Of a DNA stretch of 64,000 nt, positions 1 through 9,367 are shown piece by piece; position 1 is the first letter of the stretch, and each line of letters begins with the position of its first letter. The notes beneath the pieces were generated by a model. The model had not been told where the DNA came from and made no database searches. It saw nothing but the letters and a program-made list of their open reading frames with translations. Position numbers and translations under genes: made by a program. Source of the DNA: Clostridiales bacterium (GTDB lineage Bacteria > Bacillota > Clostridia > Christensenellales > SZUA-584); assembly GCA_029265435.1 (NCBI GenBank), contig JAJUJH010000002.1, positions 5,361-69,360 on the forward strand, read 5' to 3'.

Positions 1-930
1 TGCATCCGCCAGCGCAAGCATCGGCTTTCGGATACCATAACGGACATATATAAGAAGAATACACACACTGACGATGATAACGGCGGCGGCGACTATCGCC
101 GCATGCAATATGGTTTTCCGCATCGCCTCGTTGACGTCTTTCAAAGACATCGCTCCCGCCAGCGCACCGACAATACTGCCGCTCATGTCCTTCAGCGGAA
201 TATACCGCGCAATATACGGCTCACCGAAGAAAACGGATTCTCCGAAATACTCTTCACCCCGTTCAATCACGGCGGCGCGAACGGCCTTATCCATATCTCC
301 CGTTCCATTCCGGGAAAGCGTTGAGCTTATCTGCCGATCGCCTGAGAAAACAAAGAACTCCATGCCGTGACCCTTTTTTAAAGACTGAAGAAACGGCGCG
401 TTTTTCAATGAACAGCCCGTCACAACCGTGCCGATAATATCACCTCGCTGGTTTTCGATCGGGGCCGCCGCGCGTATTGTCATTTCCGAATCCGAGCCTT
501 TATCCATCGTCAGCGAAACGTCTCCCGCAAGCGCCATTTGAACGTCAGGCTCAGCACCGATGTTATCGCCCCTTTTATCCGGGTCTTGGTGCCGGATGAG
601 CACGTCGCCGTCTTTGTCCGTGACGGTGATGGCATCAAGCGCCAGCTCGGCATTGATATCGTTCAGTATCGCTTTCAGTGTCAGAAAATTCACATATTCC
701 ACAGCCACAATCAGTGAGTTGTCCTTTGCCAGCAGTTCGGCGCAATATTTCACCTTGTCCGATATGTTTCCGATCTCGCTTTGCAGCGCATCCACACCCA
801 TTTCCACGTTTTTTCGGTTTGTCTGGTTATGATAATCCTCGTTTTCCCGCATCACCAAAACAGAAACCATCAATACAGCCGCCGCCACTATGGCGACGAC
901 AAAAGAAAGAATCTTCGAGCCCAGCTTCAC
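1..930 (-). CDS. Cache-type extracytoplasmic sensor protein, N-terminal part (TM, Cache-like domain, TM, start of HAMP). The output domain lies beyond the window edge; it may be a methyl-accepting chemotaxis protein, kinase or cyclase.
   Basis: Not in the ORF track because it runs off the window. My translation of the minus strand from GTG at 930 (GAGGTG 7 nt upstream) has no stop down to position 1: VKLGSKILSFVVAIVAAAVLMVSVLVM...TDKDGDVLIRHQDP...FGEPYIARYIPLKD...ILHAAIVAAAVIIVSVCILLIYV. Confidence 0.6.
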   Translation of the reverse strand, partial: MKLGSKILSFVVAIVAAAVLMVSVLVMRENEDYHNQTNRKNVEMGVDALQSEIGNISDKVKYCAELLAKDNSLIVAVEYVNFLTLKAILNDINAELALDAITVTDKDGDVLIRHQDPDKRGDNIGAEPDVQMALAGDVSLTMDKGSDSEMTIRAAAPIENQRGDIIGTVVTGCSLKNAPFLQSLKKGHGMEFFVFSGDRQISSTLSRNGTGDMDKAVRAAVIERGEEYFGESVFFGEPYIARYIPLKDMSGSIVGALAGAMSLKDVNEAMRKTILHAAIVAAAVIIVSVCILLIYVRYGIRKPMLALADA

Positions 931-1130
931 GTGTTTCACCTCGTTAAATTTTTCAATATTTTAAGGAAAAACGATTTTTGTTTTCCTTTTATGCAAACGA
1001 CACATGCGCGTGCTGATCAATCGCGCCGATATATTTATCAGCATCAGGAGCGCTTTGAAACCCGATACGGAGCCGGTCGTGTAAAGCTTTCGTTTATTTT
1101 ATGTTAATTGTATGCAAAGGCATGAATTCA

Positions 1131-1164
1131 AAATAAAAACGGCCGAAAGACATCCTTTCAGCCG
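1131..1164 (-). terminator. Intrinsic terminator downstream of putP
   Basis: Hairpin CGGCCGAAAG-acatc-CTTTCAGCCG (one mismatch), followed on the minus strand by a U-rich run (plus-strand aaaataaaaa). Confidence 0.6.
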
Positions 1165-1193
1165 CTTCATCCAAACTGCGATTGCCGTTTTTT

Positions 1194-2714
1194 CTATTCG
1201 TCCACGTCCGCCGTCCTGACCGAATCAAATTCGTCGAGTATCTCCTGTGAAGGCGCTTCCGTCAAAAGGCTTGCCACCACAATGGCAGCCATCGCGACGA
1301 TAAACCCGGGAAGCAGTTCATAGATGCAGAACACGCCTTTGAAATGCGGACGCAGCACTTCTTTCCATATGATCACGGTTGCCGCTCCGCCGATCATGCC
1401 GGCCAAAGCCCCCCACTTGTTCATGCGCCTCCAGAAAAGCGAAAGGATCACAAGCGGCCCGAACGTCGCGCCGAAGCCCGCCCATGCGTAAGACACAATG
1501 CCGAACACCGTGCTGTTTTCATCGAGCGCAAACAGTATGCCGATCAGCGCCGCGCCGATGACCGTACCTTTGGAAACCGCCAGTATTTGCTTGTCCGTAG
1601 CATCCTTCTTGATAAGCCCGTGGAAGAAGTTTTTTGATATCACCGAAGCCGCCGCCAGAAGCTGGCTGTCGGACGTGCTCATCGTTGAGGCGAGTATGCC
1701 GGAAACGAGTATGCCCGCTATAAACGCCGGAAACAGCGTGGTGGCAAGCGCGGAAAACACCGTTTCCGATTTGCCGTCCAGCAGCGTGCCGCCCAGCAGC
1801 GAACGGCCGAGCATGCCGATCAATATCGCGGCAGTCAGAGAGATAAGCACCCATACCGTCGCGATGCGGCGGGACTGCCTGATTTGCTTGACCTTCCGGA
1901 TGGCCATAAAACGCAGCAGAATATGCGGAATACCGAAATACCCAAGGCCCCATGCAAGCGTCGAAACGATCGTCAGCGCATCCCATGGTTTCATTGCGTT
2001 GGCAGCCGGATCGTGGACGCCCCAAATGCTGAAATACCCGTTGAGTCCGGAAAGACCGGCAACCATCCGTTCGCCGCCTCCCGCCGCCGCGTAACCGAAA
2101 ATCACGATCGCGAGCAGCGCGAAGAACATCAGAATGCCCTGAATCAAATCCGTGGTGCAAACCGCGAGAAAACCGCCGACCACCGAATAGGCAATAATCA
2201 CAAGTGCGCTGATGATCATCATCAGCGTATAGTCAAGGCCGAACAGGGATTGAAAAAGCTTGCCCATCGCGGCAAATCCCGAACCCAAATATATGACGAA
2301 GAATAATAAGATAAGAACGGCCGCAATGCTCATCAGTATCTTGTGCTTGTCTCTGAAACGGTTAGAGAAATAATCGGGCAGCGTGATGGCATTGCCCGCC
2401 ACCTTTGTGTATTTGCGAAGGCGTTTTGCCACAAACAGCCAGTTTAAGTATGTGCCCAGCGCAAGTCCCACCGCCGTCCAAAACGGCTCGCATAAACCTG
2501 TCGCGTATGCCACGCCCGGCAGCCCCATCAGCAGCCATCCGGACATATCCGACGCTTCGGCGCTCATCGCGGTCACCCACGGCCCAAGCTTTCTGCCGCC
2601 CAGCAGGTAATCGCTGGTGCTGTTGTTGCTTTTGGCGTACAACCCGCCCACAACGAGCATCGCGACCATATACAGGCCCATCGCGGCCAGTATCTGTATC
2701 TGATCCCCTGTCAT
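1194..2714 (-). CDS. putP: Sodium/proline symporter (SSS family)
   Basis: Multi-TM protein with SSS/PutP-like sequence (DYLLGGRKLGPWVTAMSAEASDMSGWLLMGLPG). Start moved to ATG 2714, which has GGAGG 6-7 nt upstream; the track ORF is over-extended to 2846. Confidence 0.88.
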   Translation of the reverse strand: MTGDQIQILAAMGLYMVAMLVVGGLYAKSNNSTSDYLLGGRKLGPWVTAMSAEASDMSGWLLMGLPGVAYATGLCEPFWTAVGLALGTYLNWLFVAKRLRKYTKVAGNAITLPDYFSNRFRDKHKILMSIAAVLILLFFVIYLGSGFAAMGKLFQSLFGLDYTLMMIISALVIIAYSVVGGFLAVCTTDLIQGILMFFALLAIVIFGYAAAGGGERMVAGLSGLNGYFSIWGVHDPAANAMKPWDALTIVSTLAWGLGYFGIPHILLRFMAIRKVKQIRQSRRIATVWVLISLTAAILIGMLGRSLLGGTLLDGKSETVFSALATTLFPAFIAGILVSGILASTMSTSDSQLLAAASVISKNFFHGLIKKDATDKQILAVSKGTVIGAALIGILFALDENSTVFGIVSYAWAGFGATFGPLVILSLFWRRMNKWGALAGMIGGAATVIIWKEVLRPHFKGVFCIYELLPGFIVAMAAIVVASLLTEAPSQEILDEFDSVRTADVDE

Positions 2715-2988
2715 AATATCCTCCTTGTTATCATATTCACAGGTCATCATAGCACACGGAGGAAGCGTTGTTAATAGAAATTTCACAATTGCCGCCGAAA
2801 ACAAAAGAAAACTCCATATTCCTTTCACCTTTTTCCAGACGAACACGATATACCGCCCGTTTTCCGCATCGGCAAACCCGCAGGCCTTTTTTCAGATGTG
2901 ATTATTCATAAACGGTTTACATACACGACATACAACCGTTATATACGCGCGTTAGTATATGGCCAGATACTAAAGGAGGTTATCGGCT

Positions 2989-4239
2989 ATGAATGATTAT
3001 CAAGGTTATACGACAACGGACTGCCAGGGCAATCTCCCGTTCGGCGGCCGGCAGCATCAGAATACACCACCGAAAAAAACCAGGTCAGGCCGGCGGGTAT
3101 TCGCGCTCGTGCTTGTGGGAGCGCTTCTTGGCTCGGCTTTGGGGGGCGGCGCCGCGGCGCTGTATATGGAAAGCCGCATAAACGCTTTGAGTGAATCGGC
3201 CGAGGCTTATACCGACCAGGCCGCATCCGAAACAAGCGCGAGCGCGCAGATCGGCACAAAACAGGGCTCAAGCGTCCAGCAGACATCTTTGAATGTGACG
3301 AATCTGGACTATTCCACAGCCGTACAGAATGTGGCGCAGACGATGATGCCGTCGGTGGTGGGCGTGCGGACGATCGAAAACGTGATGGGGTTTCGTCAAT
3401 CCGCGGAGGTGGAAGGCGTCGGCACCGGCGTCATCGTGAGCAGCAACGGGCTGATACTGACAAACCAGCATGTCGTGTCTTCAAACCCGAAATCCATCAC
3501 CGTCACTCTGATGGACGGCAGCGAGTATAACGCGTCGGTTCTTTATGCCAACGAAGATATGGATCTTGCCGTCATCAAAATCGACGCGACGGGGCTTCAG
3601 GCGGCGTCGCTTGGGGATTCGGACGATGTCAGCGTCGGCGAGGTGGCAATCGCGATCGGCAACCCGCTGGGCCTCGAATATGAACGGTCCGTGACAGCAG
3701 GCATTGTGAGCGCGCTTAACAGAAGCATACTCTTAAGCCGCACGCAGATCGCCGAAAACCTGATCCAGACGGACGCCGCCATCAATTCGGGCAACAGCGG
3801 CGGCCCGCTGCTCAATATCAGCGGAGAAGTCATCGGCATCAATACGTATAAGCTTTCGGACGGAGAAGGCATGGGCTTTGCCATCCCGATCAACGCGGCG
3901 AAACCCATCATCGAGCAGATCATCAACACGGGAACCTTCTCCCAGGCACAGCTCGGCGTTTCGGTCATTGATTCGGAGCTGCTTTCATATTACGACAGCG
4001 CCAATCTCACAATCGACCACGGCGTTTATATCTCCGATATCGATACGTCTTCGGACGCTTATGCCAAAGGGCTTCGCACAGGTGATATCATCACGAAGGT
4101 GGACGGCATAGAAGTGAATACGATACTTGAATTCCGCACCCGTTTATACAGCCATGTTCCGGAAGACACCGTCGGCATCACTGTTGAACGCGGCGGCGAA
4201 GCCTTTGAGCTCAGCGTCACGCTGAGCGCCGCAAAATAG
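2989..4239 (+). CDS. HtrA/DegP-family trypsin-like serine protease with N-terminal TM anchor and C-terminal PDZ domain
   Basis: Catalytic triad contexts TNQHVV, DLAVIKID and GNSGGPLLN. The C-terminal region is PDZ-like. AGGAGG RBS before the ATG. Confidence 0.9.
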   Translation: MNDYQGYTTTDCQGNLPFGGRQHQNTPPKKTRSGRRVFALVLVGALLGSALGGGAAALYMESRINALSESAEAYTDQAASETSASAQIGTKQGSSVQQTSLNVTNLDYSTAVQNVAQTMMPSVVGVRTIENVMGFRQSAEVEGVGTGVIVSSNGLILTNQHVVSSNPKSITVTLMDGSEYNASVLYANEDMDLAVIKIDATGLQAASLGDSDDVSVGEVAIAIGNPLGLEYERSVTAGIVSALNRSILLSRTQIAENLIQTDAAINSGNSGGPLLNISGEVIGINTYKLSDGEGMGFAIPINAAKPIIEQIINTGTFSQAQLGVSVIDSELLSYYDSANLTIDHGVYISDIDTSSDAYAKGLRTGDIITKVDGIEVNTILEFRTRLYSHVPEDTVGITVERGGEAFELSVTLSAAK

Positions 4240-4333
4240 CTAAAAAGCTTTTTCATTACATCTTTCCTTCTTTTCTGAAAGGGGCTTCCTAGTCGGGAGC
4301 CTCTTTCTTTACGCCTGCCGCACTGAAATACCT

Positions 4334-5164
4334 TTATAAACGGCCCATCAGCACCCTTTTGACGGCGCAGAACAGGAAAAATACCGTCAAGTTGACGGCC
4401 ACCACCGCCGCGCCCGCAGGTACCGACCATGCAAACGAAATCACAATGCCGGCAACGAAACAGAAGACCGACACCGCCGCGGAACAGATGACGACGCTCT
4501 TGAAGCTTTTGAACACGCGCATCGAGGTTACCGCGGGGAAAATGATGAGACTGGAAATCAGCAGCGCGCCCATCATGCGCATGCCCACAACGATGATCAG
4601 CGCGGTCAGCATCGCCACAAGCATATTATACCGTCCGGCCCGTATGCCTATGGCCCGTGCAAAGCTCTCGTCAAACGTCACCGCGAATATTTTATTGTAA
4701 AACAGCGCATAAAGCGTCAGCACAACCGCCGAAACGAGAACGCTCAGCATCACGTCGCTTTCGCTCATCGCGAGTATGCTGCCGAACATGTAATTGTATA
4801 CGTCCACATTCATTCCCGTCGTGAGCGATACCACGATGATGCCGATCGCGATGGCGCTGCTCGATATAATCGCGATCGCCGCATCCCCTTTTATCATGCT
4901 GTTTTCCCCCAGCCGCATCAGCAGAAACGCCGCGAGCGCCACCACCGGCAGAGAAACCTCAAGCGGCGCAACGCCCAGCGCAAGCGACACCGACAGCGCG
5001 CCGAACCCGACGTGAGACAGCCCGTCGCCAATCATCGAATAGCGTTTGAGCACAAGGCTGACGCCCAGCAGTGCGGCGCAAAGCGCCACGAGCACGCCCA
5101 CAATCAGCGCGCGTGTGATAAAAGCATAAGAAAAAAGCGACGTCAGGAAATCAAACATCCTCAA
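4334..5164 (-). CDS. znuB: Metal (zinc) ABC transporter permease, ABC-3/ZnuB family
   Basis: Polytopic ABC-3-type permease. Last gene of the zur-znuA-znuC-znuB cluster; overlaps the end of znuC. Confidence 0.85.
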   Translation of the reverse strand: MRMFDFLTSLFSYAFITRALIVGVLVALCAALLGVSLVLKRYSMIGDGLSHVGFGALSVSLALGVAPLEVSLPVVALAAFLLMRLGENSMIKGDAAIAIISSSAIAIGIIVVSLTTGMNVDVYNYMFGSILAMSESDVMLSVLVSAVVLTLYALFYNKIFAVTFDESFARAIGIRAGRYNMLVAMLTALIIVVGMRMMGALLISSLIIFPAVTSMRVFKSFKSVVICSAAVSVFCFVAGIVISFAWSVPAGAAVVAVNLTVFFLFCAVKRVLMGRL

Positions 5165-5843
5165 TGCCCCCCGTCATGCGGCGGCCTTCTTCCGATTTAA
5201 GGTAATCGCCCGTGGTGCCGAAAAACGCGCCGTGCATCGCCATATGCAATATGCGGCTGCCGTACCGGACGGCGTTTTGGATATCATGCGAAACCATGAT
5301 AATGGTGATGCCGCTTTCGTTAAGCTCCGCGATCAGTGCATACAGCTCTGCCGTAATTACGGGGTCCAGCCCCGCAGCCGGCTCGTCGAGCAGCAGAAGC
5401 TTTTCCGTGGCGCACAGCGCACGCGCCAGCAGCACCCGCTGCTGCTGGCCGCCCGAAAGCTCGCGGTAGCACTTGTTTTTCAAGGAACCGATATCAAGGC
5501 GCTCCATATTCATAAGCGCACGGCGTTTGGCCTCTTTGCCGTAAAACATGCGGCTCCGGCAGCCCGAAAGCACCACCTCATAAACGCTCGCCGGAAAATC
5601 CTTCTGCGCCATCGTCTGCTGCGGCAGATACCCGATCTCGCTGCTTTCGACGCCGTCGAATACGATTTTTCCGGATACAGGCTTTAAAAGACCCAGAAGC
5701 CCCTTTACCAGCGTGCTCTTGCCGCTCCCGTTTTCCCCCACAATGCACAGATAATCGCCGGGCTCCACCCTGAAGCTGACATTGTCCACAGCGGTCTGCC
5801 CGTCGTATTTCATCGTGACGTTTTCACAAGAAATCAGCGCCAT
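5151..5843 (-). CDS. znuC: Metal (zinc) ABC transporter ATP-binding protein
   Basis: Walker A GENGSGKST, signature LSGGQQQR, Walker B LLLLDEP. Confidence 0.9.
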   Translation of the reverse strand: MALISCENVTMKYDGQTAVDNVSFRVEPGDYLCIVGENGSGKSTLVKGLLGLLKPVSGKIVFDGVESSEIGYLPQQTMAQKDFPASVYEVVLSGCRSRMFYGKEAKRRALMNMERLDIGSLKNKCYRELSGGQQQRVLLARALCATEKLLLLDEPAAGLDPVITAELYALIAELNESGITIIMVSHDIQNAVRYGSRILHMAMHGAFFGTTGDYLKSEEGRRMTGGIEDV

Positions 5844-5845
5844 GC

Positions 5846-6817
5846 TTACTGAAGCCCTTCCTTAAGGTTCTCAAGGTTGCCTTCCATCAGCCTCAGATAT
5901 GTCACGCCCGATTCAAAGTCGTCCTTTGTGACGTTGTGGCACGAATGGAGCAGCAGCATCTGCGCGCCCGTCTGCTCACAAACGGCTTTGGCCACCGCTT
6001 GGTTGCTCATTTCGATGTAAAAGACCGTCTTGATGCCGTTTTGCTTGACCGTATCGATGAGATAAGCCAGCGTTCCCGCGCTTACCTCCGATTCGCTGCT
6101 GCAGCCGCTGAACGCGGCGCGATAATCAAGCCCGAATTCATCCGTAAAATAGCGGAACGGAAACCGGTCCGCCACAACAAGCATTTTCGTCTGCGAGGCG
6201 TCAGCAACGGCTTTGATATCCTTGTCTACGCGTTCGATCTGTGCGATATATTCGGCCGCGTTTTTTCTGTATGCTTCGGCATTGGCGCCGTCGGCCTTTT
6301 CCAGCGCCTTCGCGATATAATCGATCATGCTTACGGCATTTTTCGGCGACGTCCAAATATGCTCGTCATATTCGGGTCCTTCCTCTTGAGCGTGGTCTTC
6401 TTCTTCTTCGTCTTCATGCCCGCTCTGCATGCCTTCCACCGTTTCTTCCTCCACAGGCGTCACGGCGTCCATCAGCCTGAGAATGGTTTTGTGGCTCGTG
6501 TCCATCGGCTCAAGCACCTGCTCGACCCATGCGTCGTTTTCACCGCCGATATAGATAAACACATCGGCGTTCTGAATCTTGATGATGTCGTCGGGCGTCG
6601 GGTCAAACGTATGCACCTCCGCACCCGGGTCGATCAGCATCGTCACTTCGGCGCTGCCGCCCGTCACCGCGCGCGCAAAATCATACGGCGGGAAAATCGT
6701 CGTGACGATGCTCAGCGCCTTGCCGCCGGCCGGCACGCTTGCGGGCGCACAGCCCAGCAGCGTCAGCGCCAGCGCCGCGCACAATATCAATGGAATAATC
6801 TTCTTCAATTTGATCAT
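5846..6817 (-). CDS. znuA: Zinc ABC transporter substrate-binding lipoprotein (cluster A-I SBP)
   Basis: Lipobox LTLLGC. Acidic/His-rich loop GHEDEEEEDHAQEEGPEYDEH, typical of ZnuA. Operon context with Zur. Confidence 0.88.
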   Translation of the reverse strand: MIKLKKIIPLILCAALALTLLGCAPASVPAGGKALSIVTTIFPPYDFARAVTGGSAEVTMLIDPGAEVHTFDPTPDDIIKIQNADVFIYIGGENDAWVEQVLEPMDTSHKTILRLMDAVTPVEEETVEGMQSGHEDEEEEDHAQEEGPEYDEHIWTSPKNAVSMIDYIAKALEKADGANAEAYRKNAAEYIAQIERVDKDIKAVADASQTKMLVVADRFPFRYFTDEFGLDYRAAFSGCSSESEVSAGTLAYLIDTVKQNGIKTVFYIEMSNQAVAKAVCEQTGAQMLLLHSCHNVTKDDFESGVTYLRLMEGNLENLKEGLQ

Positions 6818-6865
6818 CTCCGTTTACATGTGTTTTCCAAAACATACCCCGTCAAAAGTCAGATT

Positions 6866-7324
6866 CTAAGACGAGGATGAAGCGTTATGCCCCTTGTCTT
6901 TGTCGTTTTCGGCTTTTGTCTCGCATTTTTTGCACAGACCGTATATCACCGTTTTAAACTTATCCATGCTGAACGCGTGATGCTTCAGAAGATGCGCCGT
7001 CATTTCATCGAGATATTCGCATTGCAGATGGATCATCTGCCCGCACTGCGCACACACCAGATGATAATGCGTGGCGCAGTCATGACCGTCCGGCATATAC
7101 TGATAGCACGCGCCCTGTCCGTCCGCTCCGGAATATTTGAGCACGGCGCCTTCCTTCACCAGCTTGTCAAGATTGCGGTAAACCGTCGTCTGCCCCACCG
7201 AAGCGCCCTGCGCCTTCAAAAGCGCGAACAGCGTTTCCGCCGTCACATGCTCGCCGCTGTGGTTTTTTAGACAGGATAGAATCAGCTCTCCCTGCCGCGT
7301 CGTGTATTTGCATTTGCCGCCCAT
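6866..7324 (-). CDS. zur: Fur-family zinc uptake regulator
   Basis: Fur-family wHTH and two CxxC pairs (CAQCG, CKKCE). Start set to ATG 7324 (GGAGG upstream), because the track start at 7396 lies inside the -35 box of the gene's own promoter. Confidence 0.85.
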   Translation of the reverse strand: MGGKCKYTTRQGELILSCLKNHSGEHVTAETLFALLKAQGASVGQTTVYRNLDKLVKEGAVLKYSGADGQGACYQYMPDGHDCATHYHLVCAQCGQMIHLQCEYLDEMTAHLLKHHAFSMDKFKTVIYGLCKKCETKAENDKDKGHNASSSS

Positions 7325-7339
7325 GTCCGCGCCTCCAAT

Positions 7340-7356
7340 ATGAAAACGGTTTTCAT
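7340..7356 (-). promoter_or_regulatory. Zur box (perfect 8-1-8 palindrome ATGAAAAC-C-GTTTTCAT) between the -10 box and the RBS of zur
   Basis: Palindrome read directly from the sequence. The core TGAAAAC-N-GTTTTCA resembles the TGAAAATGATTTTCA-type Zur operator I recall. Confidence 0.75.
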
Positions 7357-7367
7357 TTTCATATTCC

Positions 7368-7396
7368 AATATAGTCTTATGCGGCGGGCTTGTCAA
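7368..7396 (-). promoter_or_regulatory. Sigma-A promoter of the zur-znuABC operon
   Basis: Minus strand reads TTGACA, 17 nt, TATATT. Confidence 0.75.
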
Positions 7397-7463
7397 TCAT
7401 TCCGGAATGACAAACAAGGGCATAAAGCGCCCCTGTTTGAAAAGTGATATGTGAAGAGAAACC

Positions 7464-9314
7464 CTATGCGATCATGTACGCGCTGCCGGCAATCAACTTG
7501 CATTCCTTCTTGATGCGGCTTGACTCCGCGGACAGCTCAAAAACATTAGCAAACCGTTTTTCCCAGACGCATACGCCGCCGATCGAAAGCGATATGAGCG
7601 GAAACTGCTCTTCAAGCCCCAGCCGGTTTTTCGCGATGATATAGCCGTTTTTTAAATCGTCCTCACTGTAATAATCTTTGATGGACCGGTCAAACCGGTC
7701 AAGTATCCGCGTACAGATGCCGTCGGCATCCTCATGCCGGACAATCGCCACAAAATCGTCGCCGCCCACATGCCCCACGAAGCAGGAGGCGGGAACCGTC
7801 TCTGTAATAATATCGGCCAGATTTTTGATTACACGGTCGCCGTTTTCGAAGCCGTACAGATCGTTATACGCCTTGAAGTTGTCGATATCGAAATACACGA
7901 CGCAATAGGTATCGGCCGAGCTCAGCACGCTGTAAAGCGCTTTCTCGATGAGTATGTTGCCGGGCAGCGATGTGAGCGGGTTGAGCTGCGTCGCGTTGCT
8001 CACCTCTATCTCGATCGTTTTATTGAGCAGGTCCTTGATGGTGACAATGCCGCAGTACTTGTCTTCCGAAACCACCGTAATAAAATCGTAAACCTTGCTG
8101 TCAGGCCTCGACATCGCGAGCCGTCCCACCGTATTGACCGGCGTTTTGTAATCGACCTTCAAAAAGTCGGTATCCATGATCGCCGCGATCGTCCGGCGGG
8201 AATAAAGGCTATAGCCGTATACGCCCGCCACCGCCGAATTGACCGTGTCGCGCGTGACCACACCCTTCACGACGCCGTCCCGCGTGACGCAGAAGCCCGG
8301 CGACTCGGGCATCTTGTTCAGCATTTCATACGCTTCGGATATCAATACGGATTCGTTGACCGAAACCGCAGGCACACAAAGATTGCCGATATATACCTCG
8401 GAGAGGTTGTATCCGAACAGATGGTTTTTCTGGGCGTTCATCTGTTCAATCGTTTCCGCGACCTGCGGGTTGATGCCGCTCACCGCAGCGTCGGGCCGCT
8501 TGATATAATACCCTTGGCCGTAATGGACGCCGATATTGATAAGCGTCTGCAATTCGGCGCGCGTTTCGATGCCCTCCGCGATGAGATAGGTGCCCGTAAT
8601 CTTTGAAAATTCATACATGCTTTTCACAAGCGCCTGTTTGACGCTGTCTTTATCGATACCGCGTATCAGGTGGATATCAAGCTTCAGGTAGTGCGGACGC
8701 ACGTCTGAAATCAGATTGAGGCCCGAATAGCCGGCGCCAGCGTCGTCGATTGCGATCTTGTAATCCTGCTCTTTGTAATTCTCAATGATCTTTCGGAACT
8801 CTTTGATATTGGATATTGCGCTGCGTTCGGTAATTTCAAAAATGATGTTCTTGGGATCGATATCAAACTGCTTGAGATATTCCTTCGTAAAGCCCTTCCG
8901 AAACTTCTCGTCCTCGATCACGTTGGGATTGACATTAAGAAAAAGCGTGGCGTTTGTCTTGGACATCTGAATTGCGTGAAGCGCCTTCGTGCGGCAGAGC
9001 TTCTCAAGCTCCCACAGGTTTCTGGTTTCCTCCGCCACGCAAAACAGCGCCTCCGGGCTCTCAAGCGCCGAGCCCTTCGGTCCTCTGCTGAGCGCCTCAT
9101 ATCCGAGCACGCTGCCGTCCCTTAACGACACGATCGGCTGAAAAACGGATGTGACGCCTGCATTTTCGATGATCTCGCGCAGCTTTTCGCTTAAAATCCG
9201 CGGTACGCCCCCTTCAGGCCGGTTTTTCATATGGCCTCCGTATGCCCGTCTTACGCTGCTTTTCATATTTTCAATATGCACAAAAAACAGCCGGAAAGCA
9301 TTAAGAAAATGCAA
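7464..9314 (-). CDS. c-di-GMP turnover protein: EAL phosphodiesterase, CBS pair, degenerate GGDEF (GGDDF)
   Basis: EAL motifs: QPIVSL, YEALSRGP, EITERS, DDAGAGYSGL, KLDIHLIRG, AEGIET, GQGYYIKRP. Central region is CBS-like. C-terminal cyclase fold has VGGDDF. The true start may be an internal ATG (9266 or 9230). Confidence 0.85.
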   Translation of the reverse strand: MHFLNAFRLFFVHIENMKSSVRRAYGGHMKNRPEGGVPRILSEKLREIIENAGVTSVFQPIVSLRDGSVLGYEALSRGPKGSALESPEALFCVAEETRNLWELEKLCRTKALHAIQMSKTNATLFLNVNPNVIEDEKFRKGFTKEYLKQFDIDPKNIIFEITERSAISNIKEFRKIIENYKEQDYKIAIDDAGAGYSGLNLISDVRPHYLKLDIHLIRGIDKDSVKQALVKSMYEFSKITGTYLIAEGIETRAELQTLINIGVHYGQGYYIKRPDAAVSGINPQVAETIEQMNAQKNHLFGYNLSEVYIGNLCVPAVSVNESVLISEAYEMLNKMPESPGFCVTRDGVVKGVVTRDTVNSAVAGVYGYSLYSRRTIAAIMDTDFLKVDYKTPVNTVGRLAMSRPDSKVYDFITVVSEDKYCGIVTIKDLLNKTIEIEVSNATQLNPLTSLPGNILIEKALYSVLSSADTYCVVYFDIDNFKAYNDLYGFENGDRVIKNLADIITETVPASCFVGHVGGDDFVAIVRHEDADGICTRILDRFDRSIKDYYSEDDLKNGYIIAKNRLGLEEQFPLISLSIGGVCVWEKRFANVFELSAESSRIKKECKLIAGSAYMIA

Positions 9315-9367
9315 TTATTATGATAATTTTGGGTAAAATCAATCACCCGCATGTCAAAAATTGAAAT

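Noticed and set aside
6866-7396. N-terminal extensions of track ORFs, e.g. zur to 7396, putP to 2846, AEC transporter from 17675, thyX from 21754, rlmB from 22509, nitroreductase to 49325
   Set aside because: The longest-ORF starts fall inside promoters, leaders or upstream genes. Internal ATG/TTG codons with proper Shine-Dalgarno spacing give proteins that begin where family homology begins.
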